Shown here piece after piece: positions 1-9,630 of a stretch of DNA of 64,000 bases. The stretch comes from Acidobacteriota bacterium (GTDB lineage Bacteria; Acidobacteriota; UBA890; WLXD01), in NCBI GenBank assembly GCA_965248695.1, contig CBDFKD010000002.1, positions 2,816,001 to 2,880,000 on the forward strand. Direction: 5' to 3'. Position 1 is the stretch's first letter; every line of letters begins with the position of its first letter. Made by a program: the position numbers and the translations under genes. A model generated the notes under the pieces. That model did not search any database. It was not told where the DNA came from and was given only the letters and a program-made list of their open reading frames with translations.

Positions 1-11
1 AATCCAAGCGT

Positions 12-263
12 TCAACTGTCCACCGAAACGGGGTAACTCCACAACGTCGCATACGTCAGTGATAGGACAGCTGAGCTAACGCCCGTCCCGAGCGCGAACG
101 CTAAGATCGCTGCGACGGGCAGTGCGGGCGCCCGCATACCTGATCGGACGGCAACTACGAGGCCTCTCATCAGGAACGCGCTCCCGCTCGTAAACAGGCG
201 CCAAACGATGGAACTCTCGAGGCGCCCGCGATGCGTCCGGCTCCTTCTCCAGGCGACCGACAA
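12..263 (-). pseudogene. Degenerate N-terminal fragment of an ADOP/ABC-permease-like gene
   Basis: RAPALPVAAILAFALGTGVSSAVLSLTYATLW resembles the first TM helix of ADOP permeases (compare RRYPAFSLTAVLTLALTVGAVSTV in 27222..29330), followed by an early stop. Confidence 0.4.
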
Positions 264-371
264 CGACTCGATAAATCGACCGATGTGACGTGTATCAGCT
301 GCGATCCTTCTCCACGGATCAGACCCGTCGTAAGGGCGGCCCGCTGGGTTGCGCTTCGACGGCTGGCGCGA

Positions 372-470
372 GTGCCACTAGCCCGTTGACGCGCCGTACC
401 CCCCGCTTAGCGCTGCTCCCTTCCGGGCCTGACGCGGTTCACGAGGCTGCACCGCACAGGGCCCGGCGCC
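372..470 (-). ncRNA. ffs: Signal recognition particle small RNA (4.5S)
   Basis: The minus strand reads GAACCGCGTCAGGCCCGGAAGGGAGCAGCGC, the conserved SRP domain IV motif (CAGG..GGAA..AGCAG), within a long imperfect hairpin. Ends are approximate. Confidence 0.9.
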
Positions 471-688
471 GTCCCAAGACGCTGGCGGCCGTGGCTCCAC
501 CGCCGAATTCGTGCCGATCGATCGGCCGTAGCGGAGCGAGCTGCGCCACGCCGCGACCGAGCGCCGATGGTGCCACGCCGGCCGGATACCCATCAAGCGA
601 CCCGAGGGCAGTGACCTGCCCCCCAATAATCGGGCCAGTCTGAGAGTTAGGATTTGAGGCTCTCAGGATGGCTCGGGAAGGGGGAAGA

Positions 689-967
689 ATGGCGCGGAAG
701 CGGTACACTGTAGAGCAGATCATCGCCAAGCTCAGGGAGGCAGAGATCGAGCTAGCGAAAGGGGCCAAGACACCGGAGGCATGCCGCAAGCTGGGAATCA
801 GCGAGAACACGTATTACCGGTGGCGCAAGGAGTACGGTGGACTGAGGGTGGATCAGGCACGGCGACTCAAGGAGCTGGAGCGGGAAAACGGCCGGCTCAA
901 GAAGTTGCTGGCGGAGACGATGCTCGACAACGCCATCCTCAAAGAGGTTTCGTCGGGAAACTTCTGA
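689..967 (+). CDS. IS3 transposase OrfA
   Basis: MARKRYTVEQII...YYRWRKEYGG HTH with leucine zipper; ends at a GGGAAAC slippery site. Confidence 0.93.
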   Translation: MARKRYTVEQIIAKLREAEIELAKGAKTPEACRKLGISENTYYRWRKEYGGLRVDQARRLKELERENGRLKKLLAETMLDNAILKEVSSGNF

Positions 968-1848
968 GCCCGGCACGACGGAGCCGGGCAGTGCACCACG
1001 CACAGCAGTCGTTGGGTGTGTCCGAGAGGCGAGCCTGCAGAGTACTGGGCCAGGTGCGCTCGACGCAGCAGTATCGGCCCAAGGTGCCGCAGGAGGAGAA
1101 GGCACTGGTGGAGCGGATGACCCAGCTGGCGACGCAGTACGGGCGCTATGGGTACCGGCGGATCACGGCGCTGTTGGTACGTGAGGGGTGGCGAGTGAAT
1201 CACAAGAGGGTCGAACGGTTATGGCGTCGTGAGGGGCTGAAGGTACCGAAAAAGCAGCCCAAGCGCGGACGCTGGTGGCGCAATGATGGATCGTGCGTGC
1301 GGCTGCGGCCGGAGAGGAAAGATCACGTCTGGGCCTATGACTTCGTGCACGAACGAACTCACGACGGGCGAGCGTTTCGTCTACTGACGATCGTGGATGA
1401 GTACACGAGAGAGTGCTTGGCAATCGATGTAGCACGCAGGCTCAACTCCGAGAACGTGCTGGAGCGACTCGCTGAGCTGTTCGTGAACCGGGGTGTTGCC
1501 GATCACATCCGCTCCGACAACGGACCGGAGTTCACTTCTCGGGCAGTGCGTGAATGGCTCGAGCGAATCGGTGTGAAGACGCTGTTCATTGAGCCCGGAT
1601 CGCCATGGGAAAACGGCTATGTGGAGAGCTTCAACGGCAAGCTCCGAGACGAGCTGCTGAACGGCGAGATCTTCTACACGCTCAAGGAGGCGCAGTGCTT
1701 GGTGCACCGCTGGCGCCGCCAGTACAACCAGGTGCGGCCCCATAGCTCGTTGGGCTATCGACCGCCTGCACCCGAAGCGACGTTGTTGCAGCCGGCTACG
1801 CTCCGCTTCGCCAGCTCCAACAATCTCTTGCCAGTACCGATTCTATGA
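955..1848 (+). CDS. IS3 transposase OrfB (DDE), reached by -1 frameshift
   Basis: YGYRR, WAYDF, SDNGPEF and ESFNGKLRDE motifs; GGGAAAC at about 955-961. Confidence 0.93.
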   Translation, partial: GKLLSPARRSRAVHHAQQSLGVSERRACRVLGQVRSTQQYRPKVPQEEKALVERMTQLATQYGRYGYRRITALLVREGWRVNHKRVERLWRREGLKVPKKQPKRGRWWRNDGSCVRLRPERKDHVWAYDFVHERTHDGRAFRLLTIVDEYTRECLAIDVARRLNSENVLERLAELFVNRGVADHIRSDNGPEFTSRAVREWLERIGVKTLFIEPGSPWENGYVESFNGKLRDELLNGEIFYTLKEAQCLVHRWRRQYNQVRPHSSLGYRPPAPEATLLQPATLRFASSNNLLPVPIL

Positions 1849-3152
1849 GTTACGAAGTGGCCCAAACACTTGGGGCAGGTCACAGCGCCGTCGTCGGATA
1901 CACGGCTGCAGCGATCGGGTTGCCGACCAAGCTGCTTGCCAGAGCGATCCCGGACACGGGCCCGGAGGCAGCGCCGGAAGAGCAGAGACGCCCCGAAAGT
2001 TGGCGCAGAAACTGGACCATCCCGGCGGAGTACTACGTCGACGAATCGCGCTGGGAGTTCGACGAGCGCCTGGTGGCCGACCACTTCTGGCAGATGGTCG
2101 ACCACGAGAGCAGGATTCCCAACGCCGGCGACTTCTTTGTCTTCGAGTTCGGTCGCAGCGAGAGCATCCTGATTGTGCGCGGGCGCGACAACGAAGTCCG
2201 CGGCTTCTACAACGTCTGCCGTCACCGCGGCTCGCGCCTGTGTCGTCACAATGCGGACCCGATCCCCGAGGACCCGCGCCTGTCGGTCAAGCAACTCGGT
2301 CAGTCGGGCAGCTCGCCGGTGTTCCGATGCCCGTATCACGCCTGGACCTACGACACCGAGGGCAGCCTGATCTATGCCTATGGCATGCAGGAGGACTTCG
2401 ACCCGGCGGACAACGGCCTGATTCCCTGCCATCTCCGCATCGCCGACGGCTTCATCTTCGTGAACCTGTCGCGAGAGGAGACGCCGCCGGAGTTCGAGTC
2501 GGCGATCGAGCCCTTCCGCCGCAAGGTGGGCCAACGACACGGTACAGTGCAGTTGAAGGTCGGCGAGCGCGTCTACGTACCGATGCACGCCAACTGGAAG
2601 CTGGCGCTGGAGAACTTCCTGGAGTGCTACCATTGCGGGCCCTCGCACGAGTACCTGTGCCACGTGCACCCGGGCTCTGACCTCACGGTGCCGGGAGAGC
2701 GGCAATGGTGGGCCGAGGACTACGTCAGCGGCACGATGGACGGTAAGCCGGCGGCACCGTTGCTGCCCAGCATCAAACGCACCCGGGTCACGCAGAGCGA
2801 GACGGCGGCAGGTTGGTCGAACAGTTACTGGCTCGGCTACGACGACTACGTCTTCGCAGTGAGGTTCACGCCCCGCGATGTCGACCTCACCGATGTGGAG
2901 TGCCTCTGGCTGGTCCACCCCGACGCGGAGGCGAGGGTGGACTACGACCCGGACAGGCTCAAAGAGCTGTGGCTGGTCACGCTGCTGGAGGACATCTGGC
3001 TGTGCGAGAACAACCACGCCGGCATCCGCTCAGGCGCCTACCGGTCGGGACGCTACGCTACTCACGAGCTCGGGAAGGTGATGCCGGCCGGGTTCATCCG
3101 CTGGTACATGGCCGCCGTTCGGGGCGACATCGGGCCGGCGCTGCCGTACTGA
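1845..3152 (+). CDS. Rieske non-heme iron oxygenase alpha subunit (GbcA/choline monooxygenase-like); 5' end lies inside the IS
   Basis: Rieske ligands CRH...CPYH and mononuclear Fe motif NWKLALENFLECYHCGPSH...ED. Confidence 0.85.
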   Translation: MSYEVAQTLGAGHSAVVGYTAAAIGLPTKLLARAIPDTGPEAAPEEQRRPESWRRNWTIPAEYYVDESRWEFDERLVADHFWQMVDHESRIPNAGDFFVFEFGRSESILIVRGRDNEVRGFYNVCRHRGSRLCRHNADPIPEDPRLSVKQLGQSGSSPVFRCPYHAWTYDTEGSLIYAYGMQEDFDPADNGLIPCHLRIADGFIFVNLSREETPPEFESAIEPFRRKVGQRHGTVQLKVGERVYVPMHANWKLALENFLECYHCGPSHEYLCHVHPGSDLTVPGERQWWAEDYVSGTMDGKPAAPLLPSIKRTRVTQSETAAGWSNSYWLGYDDYVFAVRFTPRDVDLTDVECLWLVHPDAEARVDYDPDRLKELWLVTLLEDIWLCENNHAGIRSGAYRSGRYATHELGKVMPAGFIRWYMAAVRGDIGPALPY

Positions 3153-3202
3153 GCGGCGTGCTCACCGCGCCACCCGTATCCGGCGGAAGCTGGCCAGGGT
3201 GA

Positions 3203-3303
3203 TCCCGCGAGGCAACCGCGGTTCGGGTATCGGAGGTTGTGCGTGTTGCTGCGCCGTGAGGGATGGGTAGTGAACCCGAAGCGCGTGTATCGGATCTATC
3301 GGG
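3203..3303 (+). pseudogene. Relic of a different IS3 OrfB, cut by IS256
   Basis: Translates as PRFGYRRLCVLLRREGWVVNPKRVYRIYRE. Confidence 0.8.
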
Positions 3304-4690
3304 AGGATGCTTCCGTAGAAAAAGGTGACGGTGATCCGGCCCCGATAGACTGTCGGCGCCATCCACAGTCAATGGAGAATCACCATCATGGGCAAGAGTC
3401 GCAGAAGCGACACGAGTAGGAAAGCGGCAGCAGCGCACAACCAGCGGGCAGAGGCCGTGCTGGGAGCAAGAACGGGTCTGCTGGAGCTGGTGATGGAGGC
3501 TGGTTTCGGGGTACTCGGAGCCGTGCTGGAGCAGGACCGGGCGAGGCTGTGCGGTGAGCGCCACGCGCGGCCCGATCACAGGCGCGCGTACCGACACGGC
3601 TACGACGAAGGCTCGCTGGTGATGGGCGGTCGGCGGGTCAAGGTGCGCAAGCCACGAGTTCGGAGTCTCCAGGGACAGGAACTGCCGCTGCCTCACTGGG
3701 AGAGGTACAAGGCCGCCGATCCGCTGGGTGACCGAGCCCTGGAGCAGATCCTGTACGGGGTAACGACGCGCCGCTACGACCGCTCGTTGGAGACGCTGCC
3801 GGAAGGGCTCCCTTCATCAGCCACGAGCCGCTCGTGCGTATCCCGGGAGGTTCGTGGCGCGCACGCAGTACTTGGCGCGACCTCTGGGTGAGATCGACCT
3901 ACCGGTGCTGATGATCGACGGTATGCATATGGCCAGGCACTTGCTGGTGATCGGCATCGACATCGACACCGACGGGCACAAGCACGTGCTGGGCGTTGTG
4001 GAGGGCAGCACCGAGAGCTCGCGGACCTGCCGGGCGCTGCTGCGGCAGCACATCGAGCGCGGCATGCCGGTGGAGCGGGCGCGGCTCGCGGTGATCGACG
4101 GCTCCAAGGGACTGCACAAGGCGGTGCGCGCCACGTTCGACAACTGGGCGCTGATCCAGAGGTGTCGCGTGCACAAAATCAAGAATGTGCTGGAGCACCT
4201 TCCCAGGCACATCCGGCCCTGGTTCAGTGCCAAGATCCGCAAGGCTTGGCGGGCGGAGACACCGTCAGCCGCCGCCAGAAAGCTGGAGGCCTTGGCCAAC
4301 GAGCTGCAGGTTGATCATCCCGGCGCCGCGTCCTCTTTGCGCGAAGGGATGGATGAAACCCTGACCGTCACCCGGCTGCGCGTGCAGGGAGCGCTCCTTC
4401 GCACTGTCCGTTCAACCAAAACGATCGAGAACCTGCACGGGTGCATCAAGCGCGTCAGTGGCAACGTGAAGCGGTGGCGTTCTGGAAGCATGCTCGTACG
4501 TTGGGGCCGTGACTGCGCTCATCGAGGCCGAGAGCCGATTCCGTACGGTTCGTGGCTACCGCGAGATCGCCAAGCTCGATGCCCAACTCAACGCCGCGCT
4601 CGGTGTGTCCCTTGAGGAGCAACGCCGCAGTGCCTAACAATCCGTCCACCTTCACCGTCGCCTTTAGTTCAACGGACGACGGGACATCCC
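3304..4690 (+). mobile_element. IS256-family element, degenerate
   Basis: Imperfect ends AGGATGCTTCCGTAGAA... and ...TTCAACGGACGACGGGACATCCC enclose an IS256 transposase. Confidence 0.8.
3388..4638 (+). pseudogene. IS256 transposase with frameshifts near 3850 and 4505
   Basis: Motifs LMIDG, VIDGSKGL, QRCRVHK and RSTKTIENL are split over frames; the C-terminal ALIEAESRFRTVRGYREI lies in another frame. Confidence 0.85.
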
Positions 4691-4711
4691 CGAGCACCAA
4701 GAGGTAAGCCC

Positions 4712-7339
4712 ATGCAGATCCAATCCAGCCGTTTTGCGGCAGTGGCCACGCTGGTCGCCGTATTCCTTGGCACTCCAGCCTACGCGCAGTCTGCCGAGGG
4801 GACGATCAGCGGTACGGTGCGCGATGCCAACGGCGCTTCGGTCGCCGGCGCCACGGTGCTGGCGTCGAACGAAGTCACCGGCTCGGTAGTAGGTGCCGTG
4901 ACATCCGGCGGCGGGATCTACTCGCTAACCCTCGCCCGGGGCACCTACACGGTGCGGGTGTCGCTGAGCGGTTTCCGCGAGCAAGTGCGGGCTGCCGTTG
5001 ACGTCGGCGACGGCTCGATGGTGAGCGCGGATTTCACCCTCGAGGCCGAGCTCGCCGTGGAGGTCACGGTCACGGCCGCGAAGCGAGAGGCGGCCCTAGG
5101 CGACGTGCCGTTCTCGGTTGCCGCTGCAACCGAGGATCAGCTTCGCGACCGCGGCATCGACGACCTCGAGGGCGTGGCCGCGAACGTCGCCGGGTTCACC
5201 GTCCAGAACCTCGGTCCCGGCCAGAGCCAGGTCGCGATCCGCGGCGTGTCGGCCGGCCAGATCGTGCGCGACCAGCCGGGCGTCAAGGAGCAGGTGGGTG
5301 TGTACCTGGACGAGTCAACGATCTCGCTGTCGCTGTTCACGCCCCAGATCGACATGTTCGACATGTCCCGCATCGAGGTACTGCGCGGGCCGCAGGGAAC
5401 GCTGTTCGGCTCCGGCTCGCTGTCGGGGACCGTACGTTACATCACGAACCAGCCCGAGCTCGGCGTGCAGAAGACGTTCGGCGAGATCAACGTTGGTTCG
5501 ATGACCGGTGGTGAGGTCGGTGGCGCGGTAAAGATCGGCGTCAACGCACCCCTCAGCGAGAACGCCGCCGTACGCTTCACCGGCTATTCGACCCGCCTCG
5601 GCGGCTACATGGACGCCGTACAGCCGGACCTCAGCGTCGCCGAAAACGTCAACAGCGGTCATCGCACCGGTGGTCGCATCGCGCTGCTGGCGGCTCCCAG
5701 CGATCGGTTCACGATCACGCCACGGATCTTCTTCCAGAAGATCGAGATGGACGGCTGGAACCGGGCGGACGCATACAACATCCTCGCCAACCCGTTCACG
5801 ACCACGCGGCCGGCGGTGACGCTCGGTGACCGCCAGCTCTTCACACAGTTCGAGGAGCCGTACACCGACGAGTTCCTGCTCGCCGACGTGAACCTCACCT
5901 ACGAACTCAGCGACAAAGTTAGCCTCACCTCGATCACGTCGCACACCAACCGCGACGTGCTGGTGGTGCGCGACGCGACGGCACTGAACGCCAGCATTCT
6001 CGGCGGCACCCTCCCTTTCGGTGAGGAGATCTTCACGATCGACGCGCCGCTGGACGATGCTACCGATGCGCAAGTCTTCACACAGGAGCTGCGCTTTTCC
6101 GGCGGCACCGACCGCGTCGCCTGGGTGCTCGGGGGCTTCTACAGCAAGATTGACCGCGACTACGGTCAGAGCGTGATCGTGGTCGGCTTCGAGGACACTA
6201 CCAGTATCAGTACGGTAGGGGACTTCGGTGCTGGCAAAGACGAGCTGTTCTTCTCCGACCTCAGGTATGACTTCAAGCAGTTCGCTGCGTTCGGCGAGGC
6301 CACTGTCGACGTTACTGAGGACTTCAGCCTCACTGGCGGCCTGCGGTTCTATGACTTCAGCGAGGACCGGGTGCAGACGTTCGACGGCATCTACGCCAAC
6401 GCCGGCACCACCATCGGATCCACCGAGGCAAGCGGTGTTGTCCCCCGCTTCATCGCCTCGTACCGCGTCGGCGAGACAAACCTCAACGCGCAGGTCTCGA
6501 AGGGCTTCCGGTTGGGCGGCATCAACGATCCGCTCAATACCCCGCTGTGCACCCCGGAGGACCTCGTGACGTTCGGTGGCCGCGACTCGTGGGACGACGA
6601 GACCGCCTGGAACTACGAGGTCGGCACCAAGTCGACGATCATGGGCGGCCGCGGCTCGCTGAACCTGTCGGCGTTCTACGTGGACATCCGCGACCTGCAG
6701 GCCACGGTGACCGCGGGATCATGCTCGTCGCGTGTCATCTTCAACGTGCCGAAGGCCCGCAGCGCCGGCTTTGAAGTGGAGTTCTCGGCCACACCGACCG
6801 ACAACTTCGACTTCGCCATATCGGCCAGCTTCTCCGCTGCGCAGCTGCGCTCGACCCTCACGTCCACGTCGAGCACGGGCGCCGTCAGCGTTGTGTCGGG
6901 CATCGAAGAAGGCAACCGGCTGCCGAGCGTGCCGGAGGTGCAGATCGCCGCCGCCGCCACCTACCAGTGGCTCGTCGGCAACAGCTCGCTCATGTACTTG
7001 AGCGGCGTGTTCCAGCACGTCGGCTCGCGCTTAACGCAGATCGGCGATCAAGCGGCGGGTTTCGGCGCCGTGAACCTGTTGTCGTTCGATCCCAACAATA
7101 TCGGCGGCCCCTATACACAGAACATCTTCACGTTCGATCCCGAGCTGCCGTCCTACACGCTGCTTAACCTGCGCCTCGGCATGCTGCGCGGTCCCTGGGA
7201 CATCGCGCTGTACGCTAACAACATCACCGACGAGCGCGCTCTGCTGGCGTTGGACCAGGAGCGTGGAACCCGCGCCCGCGTCGGCTTTCTCGTCAACCCG
7301 CCGCGGCGGTTCGGCATCGCCTCGAGGTTCACGTTCTGA
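4712..7339 (+). CDS. TonB-dependent receptor with N-terminal carboxypeptidase-regulatory-like domain
   Basis: Signal peptide, GTISGTVRD, plug motif RIEVLRGPQGTLFG and a C-terminal Phe. Confidence 0.95.
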   Translation: MQIQSSRFAAVATLVAVFLGTPAYAQSAEGTISGTVRDANGASVAGATVLASNEVTGSVVGAVTSGGGIYSLTLARGTYTVRVSLSGFREQVRAAVDVGDGSMVSADFTLEAELAVEVTVTAAKREAALGDVPFSVAAATEDQLRDRGIDDLEGVAANVAGFTVQNLGPGQSQVAIRGVSAGQIVRDQPGVKEQVGVYLDESTISLSLFTPQIDMFDMSRIEVLRGPQGTLFGSGSLSGTVRYITNQPELGVQKTFGEINVGSMTGGEVGGAVKIGVNAPLSENAAVRFTGYSTRLGGYMDAVQPDLSVAENVNSGHRTGGRIALLAAPSDRFTITPRIFFQKIEMDGWNRADAYNILANPFTTTRPAVTLGDRQLFTQFEEPYTDEFLLADVNLTYELSDKVSLTSITSHTNRDVLVVRDATALNASILGGTLPFGEEIFTIDAPLDDATDAQVFTQELRFSGGTDRVAWVLGGFYSKIDRDYGQSVIVVGFEDTTSISTVGDFGAGKDELFFSDLRYDFKQFAAFGEATVDVTEDFSLTGGLRFYDFSEDRVQTFDGIYANAGTTIGSTEASGVVPRFIASYRVGETNLNAQVSKGFRLGGINDPLNTPLCTPEDLVTFGGRDSWDDETAWNYEVGTKSTIMGGRGSLNLSAFYVDIRDLQATVTAGSCSSRVIFNVPKARSAGFEVEFSATPTDNFDFAISASFSAAQLRSTLTSTSSTGAVSVVSGIEEGNRLPSVPEVQIAAAATYQWLVGNSSLMYLSGVFQHVGSRLTQIGDQAAGFGAVNLLSFDPNNIGGPYTQNIFTFDPELPSYTLLNLRLGMLRGPWDIALYANNITDERALLALDQERGTRARVGFLVNPPRRFGIASRFTF

Positions 7340-7397
7340 GATACGCTGTTGCGCACCCATGACTCGCCTTGCCGATGACGAGATCGAACCTCGACTC

Positions 7398-8800
7398 GAG
7401 ATATAACCGAAAGTTGTGGATGGGAGGAAAAAGAAAGGCAGCGTAACCTTCGCTGGGGATTTCAACAACCAGCAGCCGGCTATGGAGGCCGGGAAGGAGA
7501 CGCCACCCGTGCTCAAGATTATCGGTGGGACTGAAGGTGCGGAAGAGCAGCTGAGGCTGGACGTGGATGAGCTCACCCGGCAGGGGGCGGTGCAAATGCT
7601 GGCAGCGGCGCTGGAGTGGGAGGTTCAGCAGTATGTCCAGCGCTACGCGGGGCAGCTAGACGAAGCGGGCCGCCGGCAGGTAGTACGCAACGGACGAGCT
7701 CGGGCACGCAAGATCACGCTGGGGTGCGGGACGGTCCAGGTAGCTGCACCGCGGATCAACGATAAGCGGCTCGACGAGCAGGGACTCAGGCAGCGGTTCA
7801 GCAGTCGGATCCTGCCGCCGTACATGCGGCGTTCGCCAAAGGTGGCTGAGGTGTTGCCGGTGCTGTACCTGAGGGGCTTGTCGACGGGCGACTTCAAGGA
7901 GGCGCTGCCGATCCTACTGGGGCAGGAGGCGAGCGGCCTGTCGCCGTCGGCGATCTGCCGGCTGACCAACGCCTGGAGCACGGAGTACGAGGCGTTCCGC
8001 AGGCTGGATCTATCTACCAAGCAGTACGTCTACGTATGGGCCGACGGCGTGCACTTCAACATCCGACGTGAGGATGATCGGCTTTGCACGCTGGTGCTGC
8101 TGGGCGTTTTGCCGGACGGCACCAAGGAGCTCATTGCCGTCGAGGACGGGTATCGAGAGAGCACCGAGAGCTGGGCGTTCGTGCTCCGAGATCTGAAGCG
8201 TCGAGGGATGCCGGCACCGTTGCTGGCGGTGGGTGACGGTGCGCTAGGGTTCTGGGCACCGGTGCGAGAGGTATGGCCCGAGAGCCGAGAGCAACGATGC
8301 TGGGTGCATCGGCTGGCCAACGTGCTGGACAAGTTACCGAAGCGGCTGCAGGCCAAGGCCAAGCGTGCGCTCCACGAGATCATCGACGCGCCAACGCGTG
8401 AGGATGCTCAGGAGGCCATGACGCGGTTCGCTGCCGACTACGGAGCCAAGTACCCCAAGGCCGTCGCCTCGTTGCAGCGCGACGCCGACAAGCTGCTGAC
8501 GTTCTTCGACTTTCCCGCCGAGCACTGGGTTCATCTGCGCACCGTCAACCCGATCGAGTCGGCGTTCGCCACGGTGAGGCTCAGACAGCGCGTCACCAAG
8601 GGCGCCGGCTCACGCACCAAGGCGCTGACGATGGCCTTCAAGCTCCTGGAGATGGCGCAACGAAGATGGCGCCGCATCAACGCTCCCCACCTCAGTGCCC
8701 TCGTGCTCGAGGGCGCCACATTCGTCGACGGAGTTCACCTGATCTCTAGCGAAGACGCTGCCTGATCGGATCCCCTGATCCACAACATTTCAAATAACTC
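7398..8800 (+). mobile_element. IS256-family element
   Basis: IRs GAGATATAACCGAAAGTTGTGGAT and ATCCACAACATTTCAAATAACTC; no target duplication seen. Confidence 0.9.
7482..8765 (+). CDS. IS256 transposase (start uncertain)
   Basis: YLRGLSTGDF, VWADG, GDGALGFW, QRCWVH and RTVNPIES motifs. Confidence 0.93.
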   Translation: MEAGKETPPVLKIIGGTEGAEEQLRLDVDELTRQGAVQMLAAALEWEVQQYVQRYAGQLDEAGRRQVVRNGRARARKITLGCGTVQVAAPRINDKRLDEQGLRQRFSSRILPPYMRRSPKVAEVLPVLYLRGLSTGDFKEALPILLGQEASGLSPSAICRLTNAWSTEYEAFRRLDLSTKQYVYVWADGVHFNIRREDDRLCTLVLLGVLPDGTKELIAVEDGYRESTESWAFVLRDLKRRGMPAPLLAVGDGALGFWAPVREVWPESREQRCWVHRLANVLDKLPKRLQAKAKRALHEIIDAPTREDAQEAMTRFAADYGAKYPKAVASLQRDADKLLTFFDFPAEHWVHLRTVNPIESAFATVRLRQRVTKGAGSRTKALTMAFKLLEMAQRRWRRINAPHLSALVLEGATFVDGVHLISSEDAA

Positions 8801-8888
8801 CCATGCAACGTGACTGTGGTGGTAGCGTAGCGATCGGCACGCGACTCGCGAGGCCGCCTCTTCGGTAGACGATTCGGATGGAGCCAGG

Positions 8889-9605
8889 ATGAACGACGAC
8901 ACTCGAGTTTCGCGATCCACACCCCCCTGGGGATCGACAACGCCCATCGCCATCGCCTACCTCGATACACCGCCGCCCGGGCTCGATCGGTGGGACGGTG
9001 GACCGGTGCCGGCCGGCTGCGTGTTCTGGAGCGAAGCGATGAAGGGGCGCCCCTTCTACACGCTTCCGGAGGATCACTACAACTGTGCCGTCGGTAGCTA
9101 CACGCACAACATCTCGCTTCCCGACGAACGCAGCGCGGAGCTCGATCAGAGCCTCAGCGAGATGGTGGGCGCCGGCTACCTCGACATGGCGGAGGTAGCC
9201 GGAATCCCGCGGCTGAGCGCTTCTCCGGCAGTCGTGGCTTACGGGCCGGTGGACGATGTGAGCTTCGTTCCCGATGTCGTTCTGGTTGCCGTCGACGCGA
9301 GCCAGGCGATGTTGCTCTACGAGGCTGCGCTGAAAGCCGGCATCGGCGAGGCAATTGCGCCAGCTCTCGGACGGCCGTCGTGCGCCGTCCTGCCGCTGAC
9401 ACACAATGGTGGATCGATGTCGATGTCGCTCGGCTGCAAGGGCAACCGGATCTTCACGCAGCTCGGCGACGAGCAGATGTACGTCTGTGTCCCGGGAGAC
9501 AGGTGGTCGGATCTCCTACACGGACTCGATCGGGTCGCCAGCGCCAACGCTGCAATGGCGAGCCACTATGAGACCCACCGCGACCGCGTCGGACAGACGG
9601 GCTGA
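8889..9605 (+). CDS. DUF169-family protein
   Basis: GCVFW...NCAVG...RPSCA...SLGCKGNR cysteine pattern; GGAG RBS. Confidence 0.75.
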   Translation: MNDDTRVSRSTPPWGSTTPIAIAYLDTPPPGLDRWDGGPVPAGCVFWSEAMKGRPFYTLPEDHYNCAVGSYTHNISLPDERSAELDQSLSEMVGAGYLDMAEVAGIPRLSASPAVVAYGPVDDVSFVPDVVLVAVDASQAMLLYEAALKAGIGEAIAPALGRPSCAVLPLTHNGGSMSMSLGCKGNRIFTQLGDEQMYVCVPGDRWSDLLHGLDRVASANAAMASHYETHRDRVGQTG

Positions 9606-9630
9606 CACCGACCGGCAGAAGGAGTTGGCA

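Larger units (their letters stand above)
612..1882 (+). mobile_element. IS3-family insertion sequence (element A), complete
   Basis: Terminal IRs TGACCTGCCCC...GGGGCAGGTCA, a 3-bp target duplication CAG (609-611 and 1883-1885), and orfA/orfB inside. Confidence 0.95.

Noticed and set aside
955-961. IS3 orfA/orfB split as pseudogenisation
   Set aside because: The GGGAAAC site is conserved in both IS3 types and fits the family's programmed -1 frameshift.
1755-3017. Long antisense and alternative-frame ORFs (also 27987..29546, 10392..11363 and others)
   Set aside because: Shadow ORFs typical of GC-rich DNA; they overlap well-supported genes and have no motifs.
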